Source: Faecalibacterium sp. CAG:1138
GTDB taxonomy: Bacteria > Bacillota > Clostridia > Christensenellales > CAG-917
NCBI GenBank assembly: GCA_000434675.1
Contig: HF988645.1
Coordinates: 3,522 to 67,521, forward strand
Direction of reading: 5' to 3'
Length of the DNA stretch: 64,000 nt
Under the pieces are notes generated by a model. It saw nothing but the letters and a program-made list of their open reading frames with translations. It ran no database searches and was not told where the DNA came from. Position numbers and translations under genes: made by a program. This document shows, one piece after another, positions 39,687 through 48,266 of this stretch. How positions within the stretch are numbered: the stretch's first letter is position 1; every line of letters begins with the position of its first letter.

Positions 39687-42185
39687 CTAATTTTCTTCCG
39701 TAAACGAAAGCTTGTCGCCGTCGGCGTCCACTTTGATTTTTCCGCCGACTTTCAAGTTTCCGGACAAAATTTCTTCACTGAGCTTGTCTTCCAGCATCTT
39801 CTGAATGGTGCGCCTGAGCGGCCTTGCTCCGTACTGACTGTCGTAACCTTTTTCGACAAGCAAGTCTTTTGCGGCGTCGCTGACGGAAACGGTGATGTTC
39901 ATATCCTTAAGGCGTTTTGCGGTGGACGCAAGCATAAGATTGCAGATCCTGTGCATATCGGCCTTGTCCAAACTTCTGAAGATGACCACTTCGTCGATAC
40001 GGTTGATAAATTCCGGTTTAAGCGTGCGCCTCAGGGCGTTCATCTGCTTTTCCTTCATGTCGTCGTAGCTGTCCTCGTCGTCCAGACTTCCGAAACCGAC
40101 CTTCGGCATGCTGACGATTTCCGACGAACCGATGTTGGACGTCATGATGATTATGGTGTTTTTGAAGGAAACCGTTCTGCCGTGGCTGTCCGTAAGTCTG
40201 CCGTCCTCGAGAATCTGAAGCATGATGTTGAAAACGTCCGGGTGAGCCTTTTCTATTTCGTCGAACAAAATGACGGAATACGGTTTTCTTCTGACTCTTT
40301 CGGTGAGCTGACCGCCTTCGTCGTAGCCGACGTAGCCAGGAGCCGAGCCTATCATTTTCGAAACGTTGGCCTTGTCCATATATTCGGACATATCAACCCT
40401 TATCATAAGGTTTTCGTCGCCGAACATTGCCTCGGCAAGCGCCTTTGAAAGTTCGGTTTTACCCACGCCCGTAGGCCCCAAAAAGATGAAGCTTCCGATC
40501 GGACGTTTCGGATCCTTAAGCCCCGCTCTCGCCCTCTTGATTGCTCTGGCGACTGCGGAAACGGCGTTGTCCTGCCCGATAACCCTCGACTTCAAGGTGT
40601 CCTCGAGGTGCAAAAGCTTGTTGCTTTCGGTTTCGGTGATTTTGGTTAGAGGCACGCCCGTCCAGTTGGAAACGATTTCGGCAATATCCTCCTCGCCTAT
40701 CGACAGATTTGCGTTTTCTTTGGTTTTGTCGTAGCTGTTTTTGCCTTCCTCGTAAAGCTTTTTGAGCTTGTCGAGTTCGGTTTTGATTTCGTTGGCCTTA
40801 AGATAGTTTTCGGCAAGAGACGCTTCTTCCTTATCCGCCTCGAGCTGTTTGATTTTTTCGCCCAGCTCTTTCACGTCGGTCGGCAGACTGAATGCAAAAA
40901 TGCGTTTGCGGCTTGCGGCCTCGTCTATAAGGTCGATGGATTTGTCCGGCTGGAACCTGTCGGAAATGTATCTGTCCGAAAGGTTTGCCGCGGCGATTAT
41001 GGCTTCGTCGGTGATTTTGACGTTGTGATGCGCTTCGTATTTGTCCCTGAGCCCCTTAAGAATTTCGACGGTGTCCTCCACGGACGGCTGATCGACGATT
41101 ATAGGCTGGAACCTTCTTTCGAGCGCGGCGTCTTTTTCGATATACTTGCGGTATTCTTCCAAAGTGGTTGCGCCGATAGTCTGAATTTCACCGCGCGCAA
41201 GCATAGGCTTTAAGATGTTGCCCGCGTCTATTGCGCCTTCCGCGCCGCCTGCGTTCACCAAAGTGTGAATTTCGTCGATAAAAAGAATGATGTTCCCTGC
41301 GCGTTTGATGCCGTCAAGCGCGTTTTTGAAGCGTTCTTCGAACTCGCCTCTGTATTTCGTGCCGGCAACCACCGACGCAAGGTCCAGACTGAAAACGATT
41401 TTGCCCTTCAGAACCTCCGGAACCTTGTCCTCCGTGATTTTTTGAGCCAAGCCTTCGGCTATTGCGGACTTGCCTACGCCCGGTTCGCCGATAAGCACGG
41501 GATTATTTTTGGTTCGGCGGCAAAGTATCTGAATGACGCGTTCGATTTCCTTGCTGCGGCCGATGACGGGATCGAGTTTCCCTTGTTTTGCCTTAAACGT
41601 GAGGTCCGTGCCGAATTTTGCAAGCTCGCCGAGCACGGCTTCGCTGCCCGAAACCACTTTGACGTTCGGTCCTTCGCTCTCGCTTCTTCCGACAGAGCCC
41701 GGCGCCCTCATGTTGTCCATAGGTCCGAATTCTATTTTGAAAGTGCGAGTCCCCTGATCGGGGCGTTTGTTCGCGTTAGGTCTGTAAACGGCCTGCGACG
41801 TTGCCACCGCAAGCGCCCTGACGTCCACGCCCGCTTCCATAAGGTATTCGACCGCAAGGCTTTTCGTGTTGCTCAAAATGGCCAGAAGCAAATGCTCTGT
41901 GCCCACGTATTCCTTGCCCGTTTCCGCGCCGACGGCAAACGCCATCTGAATTGCGTTTTTCGATTTTGGGCTGTAGCCGACGGTCGGCGAAGAATAATGT
42001 TCCAGATGTTGCAAAATCATATTTTCGGTTACTCCGAACTTTTGCATAAGCACCGAAGCAATGCCGTCTTTCACGGCGTACAAGCCCAAAAGAATATGCT
42101 CCGTGCCGACTATTCCGCCGGTTTCCGCGGCAAATTTTTCGGCCGCGACCAGCGCTTTTTCTACGTTTATACTGAATTTTGGCAT
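39687..42185 (-). CDS. clpC: ATP-dependent Clp protease ATP-binding subunit ClpC
   Basis: 832 aa; Clp_N repeats, AAA+ D1 (GEPGVGKS), UVR linker, D2 (GPTGVGKT). Confidence 0.96.
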   Translation of the reverse strand: MPKFSINVEKALVAAEKFAAETGGIVGTEHILLGLYAVKDGIASVLMQKFGVTENMILQHLEHYSSPTVGYSPKSKNAIQMAFAVGAETGKEYVGTEHLLLAILSNTKSLAVEYLMEAGVDVRALAVATSQAVYRPNANKRPDQGTRTFKIEFGPMDNMRAPGSVGRSESEGPNVKVVSGSEAVLGELAKFGTDLTFKAKQGKLDPVIGRSKEIERVIQILCRRTKNNPVLIGEPGVGKSAIAEGLAQKITEDKVPEVLKGKIVFSLDLASVVAGTKYRGEFEERFKNALDGIKRAGNIILFIDEIHTLVNAGGAEGAIDAGNILKPMLARGEIQTIGATTLEEYRKYIEKDAALERRFQPIIVDQPSVEDTVEILKGLRDKYEAHHNVKITDEAIIAAANLSDRYISDRFQPDKSIDLIDEAASRKRIFAFSLPTDVKELGEKIKQLEADKEEASLAENYLKANEIKTELDKLKKLYEEGKNSYDKTKENANLSIGEEDIAEIVSNWTGVPLTKITETESNKLLHLEDTLKSRVIGQDNAVSAVARAIKRARAGLKDPKRPIGSFIFLGPTGVGKTELSKALAEAMFGDENLMIRVDMSEYMDKANVSKMIGSAPGYVGYDEGGQLTERVRRKPYSVILFDEIEKAHPDVFNIMLQILEDGRLTDSHGRTVSFKNTIIIMTSNIGSSEIVSMPKVGFGSLDDEDSYDDMKEKQMNALRRTLKPEFINRIDEVVIFRSLDKADMHRICNLMLASTAKRLKDMNITVSVSDAAKDLLVEKGYDSQYGARPLRRTIQKMLEDKLSEEILSGNLKVGGKIKVDADGDKLSFTEEN

Positions 42186-42234
42186 ATCGTTCTCCTAAGA
42201 CTATATTTCGCAAAAAAAGTGCAAAACAAAACGT

Positions 42235-43233
42235 TTATTTCAATTTTTCCAGCGTTTCGCGGACAAATTTTGCCCTCGCTACGTCACGTTCGTAAGCGGA
42301 AAGCTCCCTTCCGCCCTCCATAAGACACAGGTTTGCAGGCTGCGCGTTCAGAATAAGGCCGTCCAGCTTTTCGGTTGCCGTAATCGGCATAACCCCGAGC
42401 GAAATACCCATTTTCACGGTGGCCATGTGGTCCATAAATTCCTTGCTGGTCAGAACTCGCGCCGAAGTCAGCACGCCGTACGCCCTGAAAACTTTGTCTT
42501 CGAAATTATACGGGCCTTCCGCCTCGAAAATCCTGTATCTGCACTCTGCCTCGTCCTCGGCGATTTTCAGAACAGCGTCCTTAACCCCCGACAGAATCTG
42601 CCCTTCGGTTACGCCCAGCGAACAGCTGTTGGAAATTTGGTACAACCTGCCTTCCGCGTCGCTGCCCTCGCCGTAAACGCCCCTTATCGTCAACCCCTTC
42701 TGCCCAAGAAGCCTTGCGACGTGCTTCATCTGGCCCGCCAAGGTTAGCGCCGGCAAAAACATCATACAGCTTGCGCGCATGCCCGTGCCGAGGTTCGTTA
42801 TGCAGCTCGTCAGATAGCCGAATTCGCTGTCGTAGGCAATGTCCAACCGCTCCGAAAGCCTGTCGTCGTAGGCGTTTATGACGTCGTAACAATATTCGAG
42901 GTTCAACCCCTCCGCAATGCATTGCGCCCTGATATGGTCTTCTTCGTTGACCATAACGGAAACGCGGCCGTCTTTTTTGATTATAACCGCGCCGATCTGA
43001 TCGCGCGCGACCAGCCCTCGGCTTATGAGGTGTTTTTCAACCAAAGCGTTGCGCTCGAGCTCGCTGAGCTGCCCCATGTTGTAGAAATCGTACTCGAAGT
43101 CCGCAGCTTCCGTTGCGCCCTTCAAAATGACGTTGTAAACGCCCTCTCCGTAAAGCTTTTCGGGAAACGGCAGGCCCCTCACGTTCCTTGCGAGGCGCAC
43201 CCTCGAGGAAGTTATAAGATATTTGCTATCCAT
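42235..43233 (-). CDS. mcsB: Protein arginine kinase McsB
   Basis: 332 aa; guanido phosphotransferase (SSRVRLARNVRGLPFP, NLGTGMRAS). Confidence 0.93.
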   Translation of the reverse strand: MDSKYLITSSRVRLARNVRGLPFPEKLYGEGVYNVILKGATEAADFEYDFYNMGQLSELERNALVEKHLISRGLVARDQIGAVIIKKDGRVSVMVNEEDHIRAQCIAEGLNLEYCYDVINAYDDRLSERLDIAYDSEFGYLTSCITNLGTGMRASCMMFLPALTLAGQMKHVARLLGQKGLTIRGVYGEGSDAEGRLYQISNSCSLGVTEGQILSGVKDAVLKIAEDEAECRYRIFEAEGPYNFEDKVFRAYGVLTSARVLTSKEFMDHMATVKMGISLGVMPITATEKLDGLILNAQPANLCLMEGGRELSAYERDVARAKFVRETLEKLK

Positions 43234-43576
43234 TGCGCTTACCTCCCGGACGTTTTCCTATATGCTTGCGGCGCCCCTGACACTCCACGACGTTTTTCAG
43301 AATCTGCGCCCTGAAATGATCGTAGCAATCCGCGCAACCGACGTAAAGCGATTTTTGAATTTTCGAGAGCGGCGTGTGGCACGTAGGACAGCAATCCTCC
43401 TGCGGCAAAATCGCCTCAAGCTCGTCTGCGGTCAGAAGATTTCTGTCGGACATGGCGCAATACGCGCATACGGCAAGCTCGGCGATACGCCCGTCTTCGA
43501 AAACGACGTAACGCTTCACCGACGCGGGATGCGCTCCGCATACGTCGCAAAATCTCGGCAAATCAAAATAGCCCAT
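43226..43576 (-). CDS. mcsA: McsA-like zinc-finger activator of McsB, short form without a UVR domain
   Basis: 116 aa from ATG 43576 (AAAGAGGTG SD). Four CxxC pairs (CDVC, CAYC, CPTC, CADC). The tail CADCYDHFRAQILKNV..GKRPGG aligns with B. subtilis McsA CSECYKTFHSNITPILRKV..GKIPKRIGG. Confidence 0.8.
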   Translation of the reverse strand: MGYFDLPRFCDVCGAHPASVKRYVVFEDGRIAELAVCAYCAMSDRNLLTADELEAILPQEDCCPTCHTPLSKIQKSLYVGCADCYDHFRAQILKNVVECQGRRKHIGKRPGGKRNG

Positions 43577-43605
43577 AAGCACCTCTTTATACTTTTCTAG
43601 GTTAT

Positions 43606-43634
43606 ATTGTACCACAAAGACGCGAAATATGCAA
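43606..43634 (-). promoter_or_regulatory. Sigma-A-type promoter for mcsA-mcsB-clpC
   Basis: Minus strand reads TTGCAT-17 nt-TACAAT with TGg upstream of the -10. Confidence 0.55.
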
Positions 43635-43641
43635 TAGGTTG

Positions 43642-43670
43642 TTGCAATTTTCGTTCGGATATTGTATAAT
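43642..43670 (+). promoter_or_regulatory. Sigma-A-type promoter for dinB
   Basis: TTGCAA-17 nt-TATAAT. Confidence 0.6.
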
Positions 43671-43683
43671 TTTATTATACAAT
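43661..43683. promoter_or_regulatory. Perfect 10-3-10 palindrome (candidate operator) overlapping the dinB -10
   Basis: ATTGTATAAT-TTT-ATTATACAAT. Confidence 0.5.
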
Positions 43684-43702
43684 TTTCAAGGAGACAAATT
43701 CC

Positions 43703-44941
43703 GTGCCGAAACACGTTCTTCACTGCGATCTGAACAATTTTTACGCGTCCGTTGCCGTTTTGCTGGATCCGTCGCTTGCGGGCAAGCCCGTGGCGGTGTG
43801 CGGCGACCCGAAAAAAAGGCACGGCATAGTTCTGGCCAAATCCATGCCCGCCAAACTGAAGGGCGTTCAGACGGGCGAAGCGATATGGCAGGCGCAGAAA
43901 AAGTGTCCCGATCTGGTGCTCGTCGCCCCGCAATACGACAAATACGCTTATTATTCCAAAAAAGTGCGTGAAATTTACGCGCGTTACACCGACCGCATCG
44001 AATCCTTCGGCATCGACGAATGTTGGCTTGACGTCACGGGAAGCACCCGTCTTTTCGGCAGTCCCGAAAAAATCGCTTACGAAATTAAAGAAGCCGTCAA
44101 AAACGAAATAGGCCTCACCATATCCGTGGGCGTAAGTTTCACCAAAGTTTTTGCCAAGCTCGGCTCCGACATGAAAAAGCCGGACGCCGTAACCGTTATA
44201 TCTCCCGAAAATTTCAAGGAAAAAATATGGAAGCTCCCCGCTTCCGAAATGCTTTACGTCGGCAGACGCGTGGCCGAAAAGCTCGCCTTGCTCAATATCC
44301 ACACCATAGGCGAACTGGCAAATGCCGACCGCTCTCTTCTGCGCGCGCATTTCGGCATCGTTGGGGACAAAATGGCAGGCAGCGCAAACGGCACAGACGA
44401 TGAAGAAGTCAAACGCGCCGACGAAGTCCGCGTCCCGAAAAGCGTCGGGCACGGCACCACCGCCTCCCGCGACGTTAAAAATATCTCGGAAGCGAAAGCC
44501 ATCGTTTTCGCGCTTTCCGAAATGGTGGCCACGAGGCTCAGGAAATACGGCCTCGACGCAGGCTGCGTTTCCGTCGGGATAAGGCAGGCAAACATGCAGT
44601 CGTTCACCCGTCAGTGCACGCTTCCCGTCCCCACTCACGACTCGGGCGAAATTGCCAAAGCCGCCCTTAAAATCATCGAAGCAAACTACAATTTCAAAAT
44701 TCCCGCAAGGACCATTTCCGTCTATACGTCAAAACTTTCCCCTATAGGGGAAAGTATGCAGATTACCCTTTTCGACGACGAAAAAGCCGACAAAAAACGC
44801 GACAATCTCCTTAAAACCATCGACGACATACGCGAAAAGTACGGCTACAACACCGTGAAAAAGGCCATTCTGCTCTCCGGCGACGACATCGCGGGAAACC
44901 TGCACGAGGACGACGATTTTCTGCCTTTCAAAAAAGACTGA
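43703..44941 (+). CDS. dinB: DNA polymerase IV (Y-family)
   Basis: 412 aa from GTG 43703 (AAGGAG 7 nt upstream); VLHCDLNNFYASVA, GIDECWLDVTG. Confidence 0.93.
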   Translation: MPKHVLHCDLNNFYASVAVLLDPSLAGKPVAVCGDPKKRHGIVLAKSMPAKLKGVQTGEAIWQAQKKCPDLVLVAPQYDKYAYYSKKVREIYARYTDRIESFGIDECWLDVTGSTRLFGSPEKIAYEIKEAVKNEIGLTISVGVSFTKVFAKLGSDMKKPDAVTVISPENFKEKIWKLPASEMLYVGRRVAEKLALLNIHTIGELANADRSLLRAHFGIVGDKMAGSANGTDDEEVKRADEVRVPKSVGHGTTASRDVKNISEAKAIVFALSEMVATRLRKYGLDAGCVSVGIRQANMQSFTRQCTLPVPTHDSGEIAKAALKIIEANYNFKIPARTISVYTSKLSPIGESMQITLFDDEKADKKRDNLLKTIDDIREKYGYNTVKKAILLSGDDIAGNLHEDDDFLPFKKD

Positions 44942-44944
44942 CCG

Positions 44945-46051
44945 TTATTTTTTTATATCGAACCCCTTAAGGATTGCGCTTTCAAAGCTTTTTTGCAATC
45001 CTTTTTTTCGCTCAAATTCCGCCCTCGCAAAAAGTACGGCTTCGTCCACCAGCTTTTCAAACGAAATGTCCGCAGCTTCCAGTAAATACGCCGACAAGCT
45101 TCCCGGGACGCTGTTGACTTCCCCGACGTAAAGCGTGCCGCCCGACAGCATAAAATCAATTCTGACAGGTCCCGAAAATTCCAGTTCTTCGTATATCTTT
45201 TTTGCAATATTCTGCGCTTTTTCGGCGACGGCTTCAGGTATTTTCGCAGGAAATTCGCGCCCCGCTTCCTCCAGACCGCCCTTTTCGCCCGCAAGATATT
45301 TGTCGGCAAAGTCGAATATTTCGCCCTTAAAAACCGGCCTTTCCACGGGACTGACCGCAACGCTTCCGTTAATCGTTCTCATCGCCGCAACGTTAAGCTC
45401 CGTAAAATTTTCCAGACACTTTTCCAAAAGCACCTTTTCGGAAAACACAAAAGCGACTTTTGCGGCCTCGCCCGCCTGTTTTTCGTCCTTTGCTATTTTC
45501 ACGCCGATGCTGCTGCCGAGATCCACCGGCTTTACGATAAGCGGATAGCCGATTTTCTCTTCTGCCTCACAAAGCTTTTCGGAAAAATTTTTTTCGGTCG
45601 CAAGAACTGCGGGAACGACGTCGAGCCCCAACCCCGAAAACACGATTTTCGAAAGATATTTATCCATCGAAACGGCGGCCGCAAGCGGCTTTGCCGAAGT
45701 GTACGGAACGAGCGTCGTTTCAAAATAACCCGCCAGATTCCCGTTTTCGCCGTCGCCGCCGTGGCAACAATTCAAAACGCAATGAACCTTCACGGTTTTT
45801 TTGGAGAGCGCGTTTTTGCAAATTATCATATTCCCGTCGGAAAAAGTGACGATTTTTGCGTTTTTTCGGTCGAAATCCGCATATTCCGACACTTCGAACG
45901 TTCTTCCCAAATAGAATCTATCCCCCGAATAATACACGGGATAAAGCTTATATTTTCCTTTGTCCGCTGCCGCCGCGGCCTGCATTGCCGTGATGACGCT
46001 GACGTCGCTTTCGGGCGAATTTCCCCCGAAAATTATAACAAGATTTTCCAT
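44945..46051 (-). CDS. ddl: D-alanine--D-alanine ligase
   Basis: 368 aa; ATP-grasp; IIFGGNSPESDVSVITA; C-terminal EVNSVPG. Confidence 0.93.
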   Translation of the reverse strand: MENLVIIFGGNSPESDVSVITAMQAAAAADKGKYKLYPVYYSGDRFYLGRTFEVSEYADFDRKNAKIVTFSDGNMIICKNALSKKTVKVHCVLNCCHGGDGENGNLAGYFETTLVPYTSAKPLAAAVSMDKYLSKIVFSGLGLDVVPAVLATEKNFSEKLCEAEEKIGYPLIVKPVDLGSSIGVKIAKDEKQAGEAAKVAFVFSEKVLLEKCLENFTELNVAAMRTINGSVAVSPVERPVFKGEIFDFADKYLAGEKGGLEEAGREFPAKIPEAVAEKAQNIAKKIYEELEFSGPVRIDFMLSGGTLYVGEVNSVPGSLSAYLLEAADISFEKLVDEAVLFARAEFERKKGLQKSFESAILKGFDIKK

Positions 46052-46061
46052 AAACCACCTC

Positions 46062-47570
46062 TTAATCGTAGTTGTCGGGAAGGTCGTTTGAAAAAAGCAC
46101 GACGTCCCCCGTTTTCAAAACGCTAAAAAACGCCTTTTCCGCCTCCGACAGTCCGTTAAATCGAAAATAGCTTTTGAAGTTTTCGGCCATAAGTCCCTTT
46201 TCGACGAAGTCCGACGTCCTGCCGCCGGTCAGAATCACGACGTCCGCCGCGTGCGCCAGAAGCTTTCCGAAATCAACGTTCTCCTCTTCTTCCTTTTTGC
46301 CAAGCTCCACGAGGCCGGGGGTTACCGCCACCTTTCTGCCGCCGAACATTTTAAGGACCTCCAACGCCGCGCGCACGCCCTTGGGGTTTGCGTTGTAACT
46401 GTCGTCGATGACGGTGATGCCGCCTCGTTTTTCCACCGACAGACGGTGCGGAAGCGGCTCGAGTTTTTTTACGGCCGCCGCAACCTGCCCTTCGCTTACG
46501 CCGAGATTTAATGCCATTACCGCCGCAAGCGCGACGTTTTCGGCGTTATGCCGCCCGAGAAGCGGCGTTTGGAGCTGCAATTTTTTACCGCCGACGTCAA
46601 GAGTGAAGGTCGTTCCGTTTTCGGTCAGAATGACGTCCGTAACAAAAAAATCCCTATTAAAAACCGAAACTTCGGCGTCTACGCTCAAATCGTCCAGATC
46701 TCTCGACACGATTTTTCCGCCGCGAGGAACACAGCGTGCCAGCGCGCCTTTTTCGTTCATTATATTTTCAAGCGACAAAAAAGTTTCCAGATGCTGCGGC
46801 GCAATGCCAGTTATAACTCCGTGCTTCGGCCGCGCTATGCGGCACATTTCCTCTATATCACCCGTTTTTCTCGCGCCCATTTCCACCACGAAAATTTCGG
46901 TATCCTGCGGCATATTTTTCACCGACAGCGAAAGCCCCATCGGAGTGTTGAAATTTCCGACGGTTTCGTACGTTCTGTATTTTTCCGAAAGGATTTTTGC
47001 AAGATAGCTTTTCACCGAGGATTTTGCGTAGCTGCCCGTCACGCCGACCACCACGGCGCCCGACTCCTTTATTATCTTTGCGGTTTTTTTTACGAACGAT
47101 TTTTTAACCGCCGATTCAAGCGGCGCCGTCAGCAAAAGCGCCAGCATCAAATTCGGGAGCGACATGAGGGGAAGCGCAACCGCGGCCGCATAAAACGCGT
47201 CGCCGAGTGCGACGAAAAACAAAGCGCCCTCCGCCGCGGCTATAACCGCTTCGGTGATCATCAGCCTCGTCCCACGCTTGGTAAAACGGAAAGATTTCAA
47301 AAACTTCGCCCTATTTTTCAGCGCCAAAGCGGCGAAAAATGCGGCGAACGTCAAAACGACAGCGGTCAAAAAATGCGGTAAAATCAGCAATATCAGGCAA
47401 AAAATCGTCAAAATCGCATAATATTTCACCACAAAATCGCGCGCTTTTTTGTTGGTCTTCAAAAAACCGTACGGCTTGTAGCCCGCAATCTGCGCGGCGT
47501 ACGCCGGCGCCGTCGCCGCATACACCGACGCCGCGACCGTCAAAATCACGAACAGATATTTTTCCATCAT
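46062..47570 (-). CDS. murF: MurF-type Mur ligase with an N-terminal polytopic membrane domain
   Basis: 502 aa from ATG 47570 (ATGA overlap with the upstream stop). ~170 aa of TM helices, then VVGVTGSYAKSSVK (P-loop GKT -> AKS), NFNTPMGL, EMGARKTGDIEE, DDSYNANP. Follows ddl. Confidence 0.8.
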   Translation of the reverse strand: MMEKYLFVILTVAASVYAATAPAYAAQIAGYKPYGFLKTNKKARDFVVKYYAILTIFCLILLILPHFLTAVVLTFAAFFAALALKNRAKFLKSFRFTKRGTRLMITEAVIAAAEGALFFVALGDAFYAAAVALPLMSLPNLMLALLLTAPLESAVKKSFVKKTAKIIKESGAVVVGVTGSYAKSSVKSYLAKILSEKYRTYETVGNFNTPMGLSLSVKNMPQDTEIFVVEMGARKTGDIEEMCRIARPKHGVITGIAPQHLETFLSLENIMNEKGALARCVPRGGKIVSRDLDDLSVDAEVSVFNRDFFVTDVILTENGTTFTLDVGGKKLQLQTPLLGRHNAENVALAAVMALNLGVSEGQVAAAVKKLEPLPHRLSVEKRGGITVIDDSYNANPKGVRAALEVLKMFGGRKVAVTPGLVELGKKEEEENVDFGKLLAHAADVVILTGGRTSDFVEKGLMAENFKSYFRFNGLSEAEKAFFSVLKTGDVVLFSNDLPDNYD

Positions 47571-48256
47571 CCTCCCACGAAAGCCTTGAACACGGGCAAA
47601 AATTTCGCGCTCTGCTCCACAAAGCTGAAATGCCCCGCGTCCTCCAGCCAAAAGAGCGCCGACCGCTTTATTTTCCGCTTGAGCGTTCTGGCCATATACG
47701 GCTTGGTTACGTCGTCTTTTTTACCCCAGAATATGGCCGTCGAAGCCGAAACGTGCTTAAGAAGCGGCGTCTGATCGTAGTTTACGACGTTGACGAAGGT
47801 CTTTTTCATAGGGCCGGAAAGCGCCTGATAGTCCTTGCTGCCCTTTGCCTCTCGCCCGAATTTTTTCATTATTTTCGCAGAGAGCACCTTAAGATAATAT
47901 CTCGGTCCTCTCCTCGGCCTGACGCCCGCCGAATCCACCAGCACGAGCTGCGAAACGACCTCGCCGTGCTTTGCCGCAATCTCTATGGCCACGCGCCCGC
48001 CGAAAGAATGTCCGACGATAACCGCTTTTTTTATGCCCAAGGCCGACATAAGCTCCATAACCCCTCGGGCGTAGTCGCCGACGGTCAGCGGACAGTCCGG
48101 ATGCGGCGAGGAGCCGAAGCCGTAAAGATCGACCAGAACGTTGCGATAGCCCCTCATCTTGTTTGCGACAAATAAAAAGGCCGAGGCGTCACTGCCCCAG
48201 CCGTGTAAATATACTATTGTTTTTTGGCCGTCGCCGACCTGAACGTAGCTTAAAAT
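47567..48256 (-). CDS. Alpha/beta hydrolase, probably starting at a non-canonical ATT
   Basis: Nucleophile elbow GHSFGG and C-terminal AGHF. The oxyanion-hole block IVYLHGWGSDAS lies upstream of the first ATG (48157), in frame with no stop. ATT at 48256 sits 6 nt after AGGAGG. Confidence 0.75.
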   Translation of the reverse strand: MLSYVQVGDGQKTIVYLHGWGSDASAFLFVANKMRGYRNVLVDLYGFGSSPHPDCPLTVGDYARGVMELMSALGIKKAVIVGHSFGGRVAIEIAAKHGEVVSQLVLVDSAGVRPRRGPRYYLKVLSAKIMKKFGREAKGSKDYQALSGPMKKTFVNVVNYDQTPLLKHVSASTAIFWGKKDDVTKPYMARTLKRKIKRSALFWLEDAGHFSFVEQSAKFLPVFKAFVGG

Positions 48257-48266
48257 GTTGCGCCTC

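Noticed and set aside
43645-43725. Possible LexA (Cheo) box at dinB.
   Set aside because: Only half-site-like fragments are present (CGAACGAAAATTGC on the minus strand, GAAACACGTTC inside the CDS). Neither fits CGAAC-N4-GTTCG.
43577-44638. N-terminal 354 aa of the 470-aa minus-strand ORF that ends as mcsA.
   Set aside because: This part is antisense to dinB, has no recognisable domains, and crosses the divergent promoter region. The McsA-like part begins at ATG 43576, which has a good SD.
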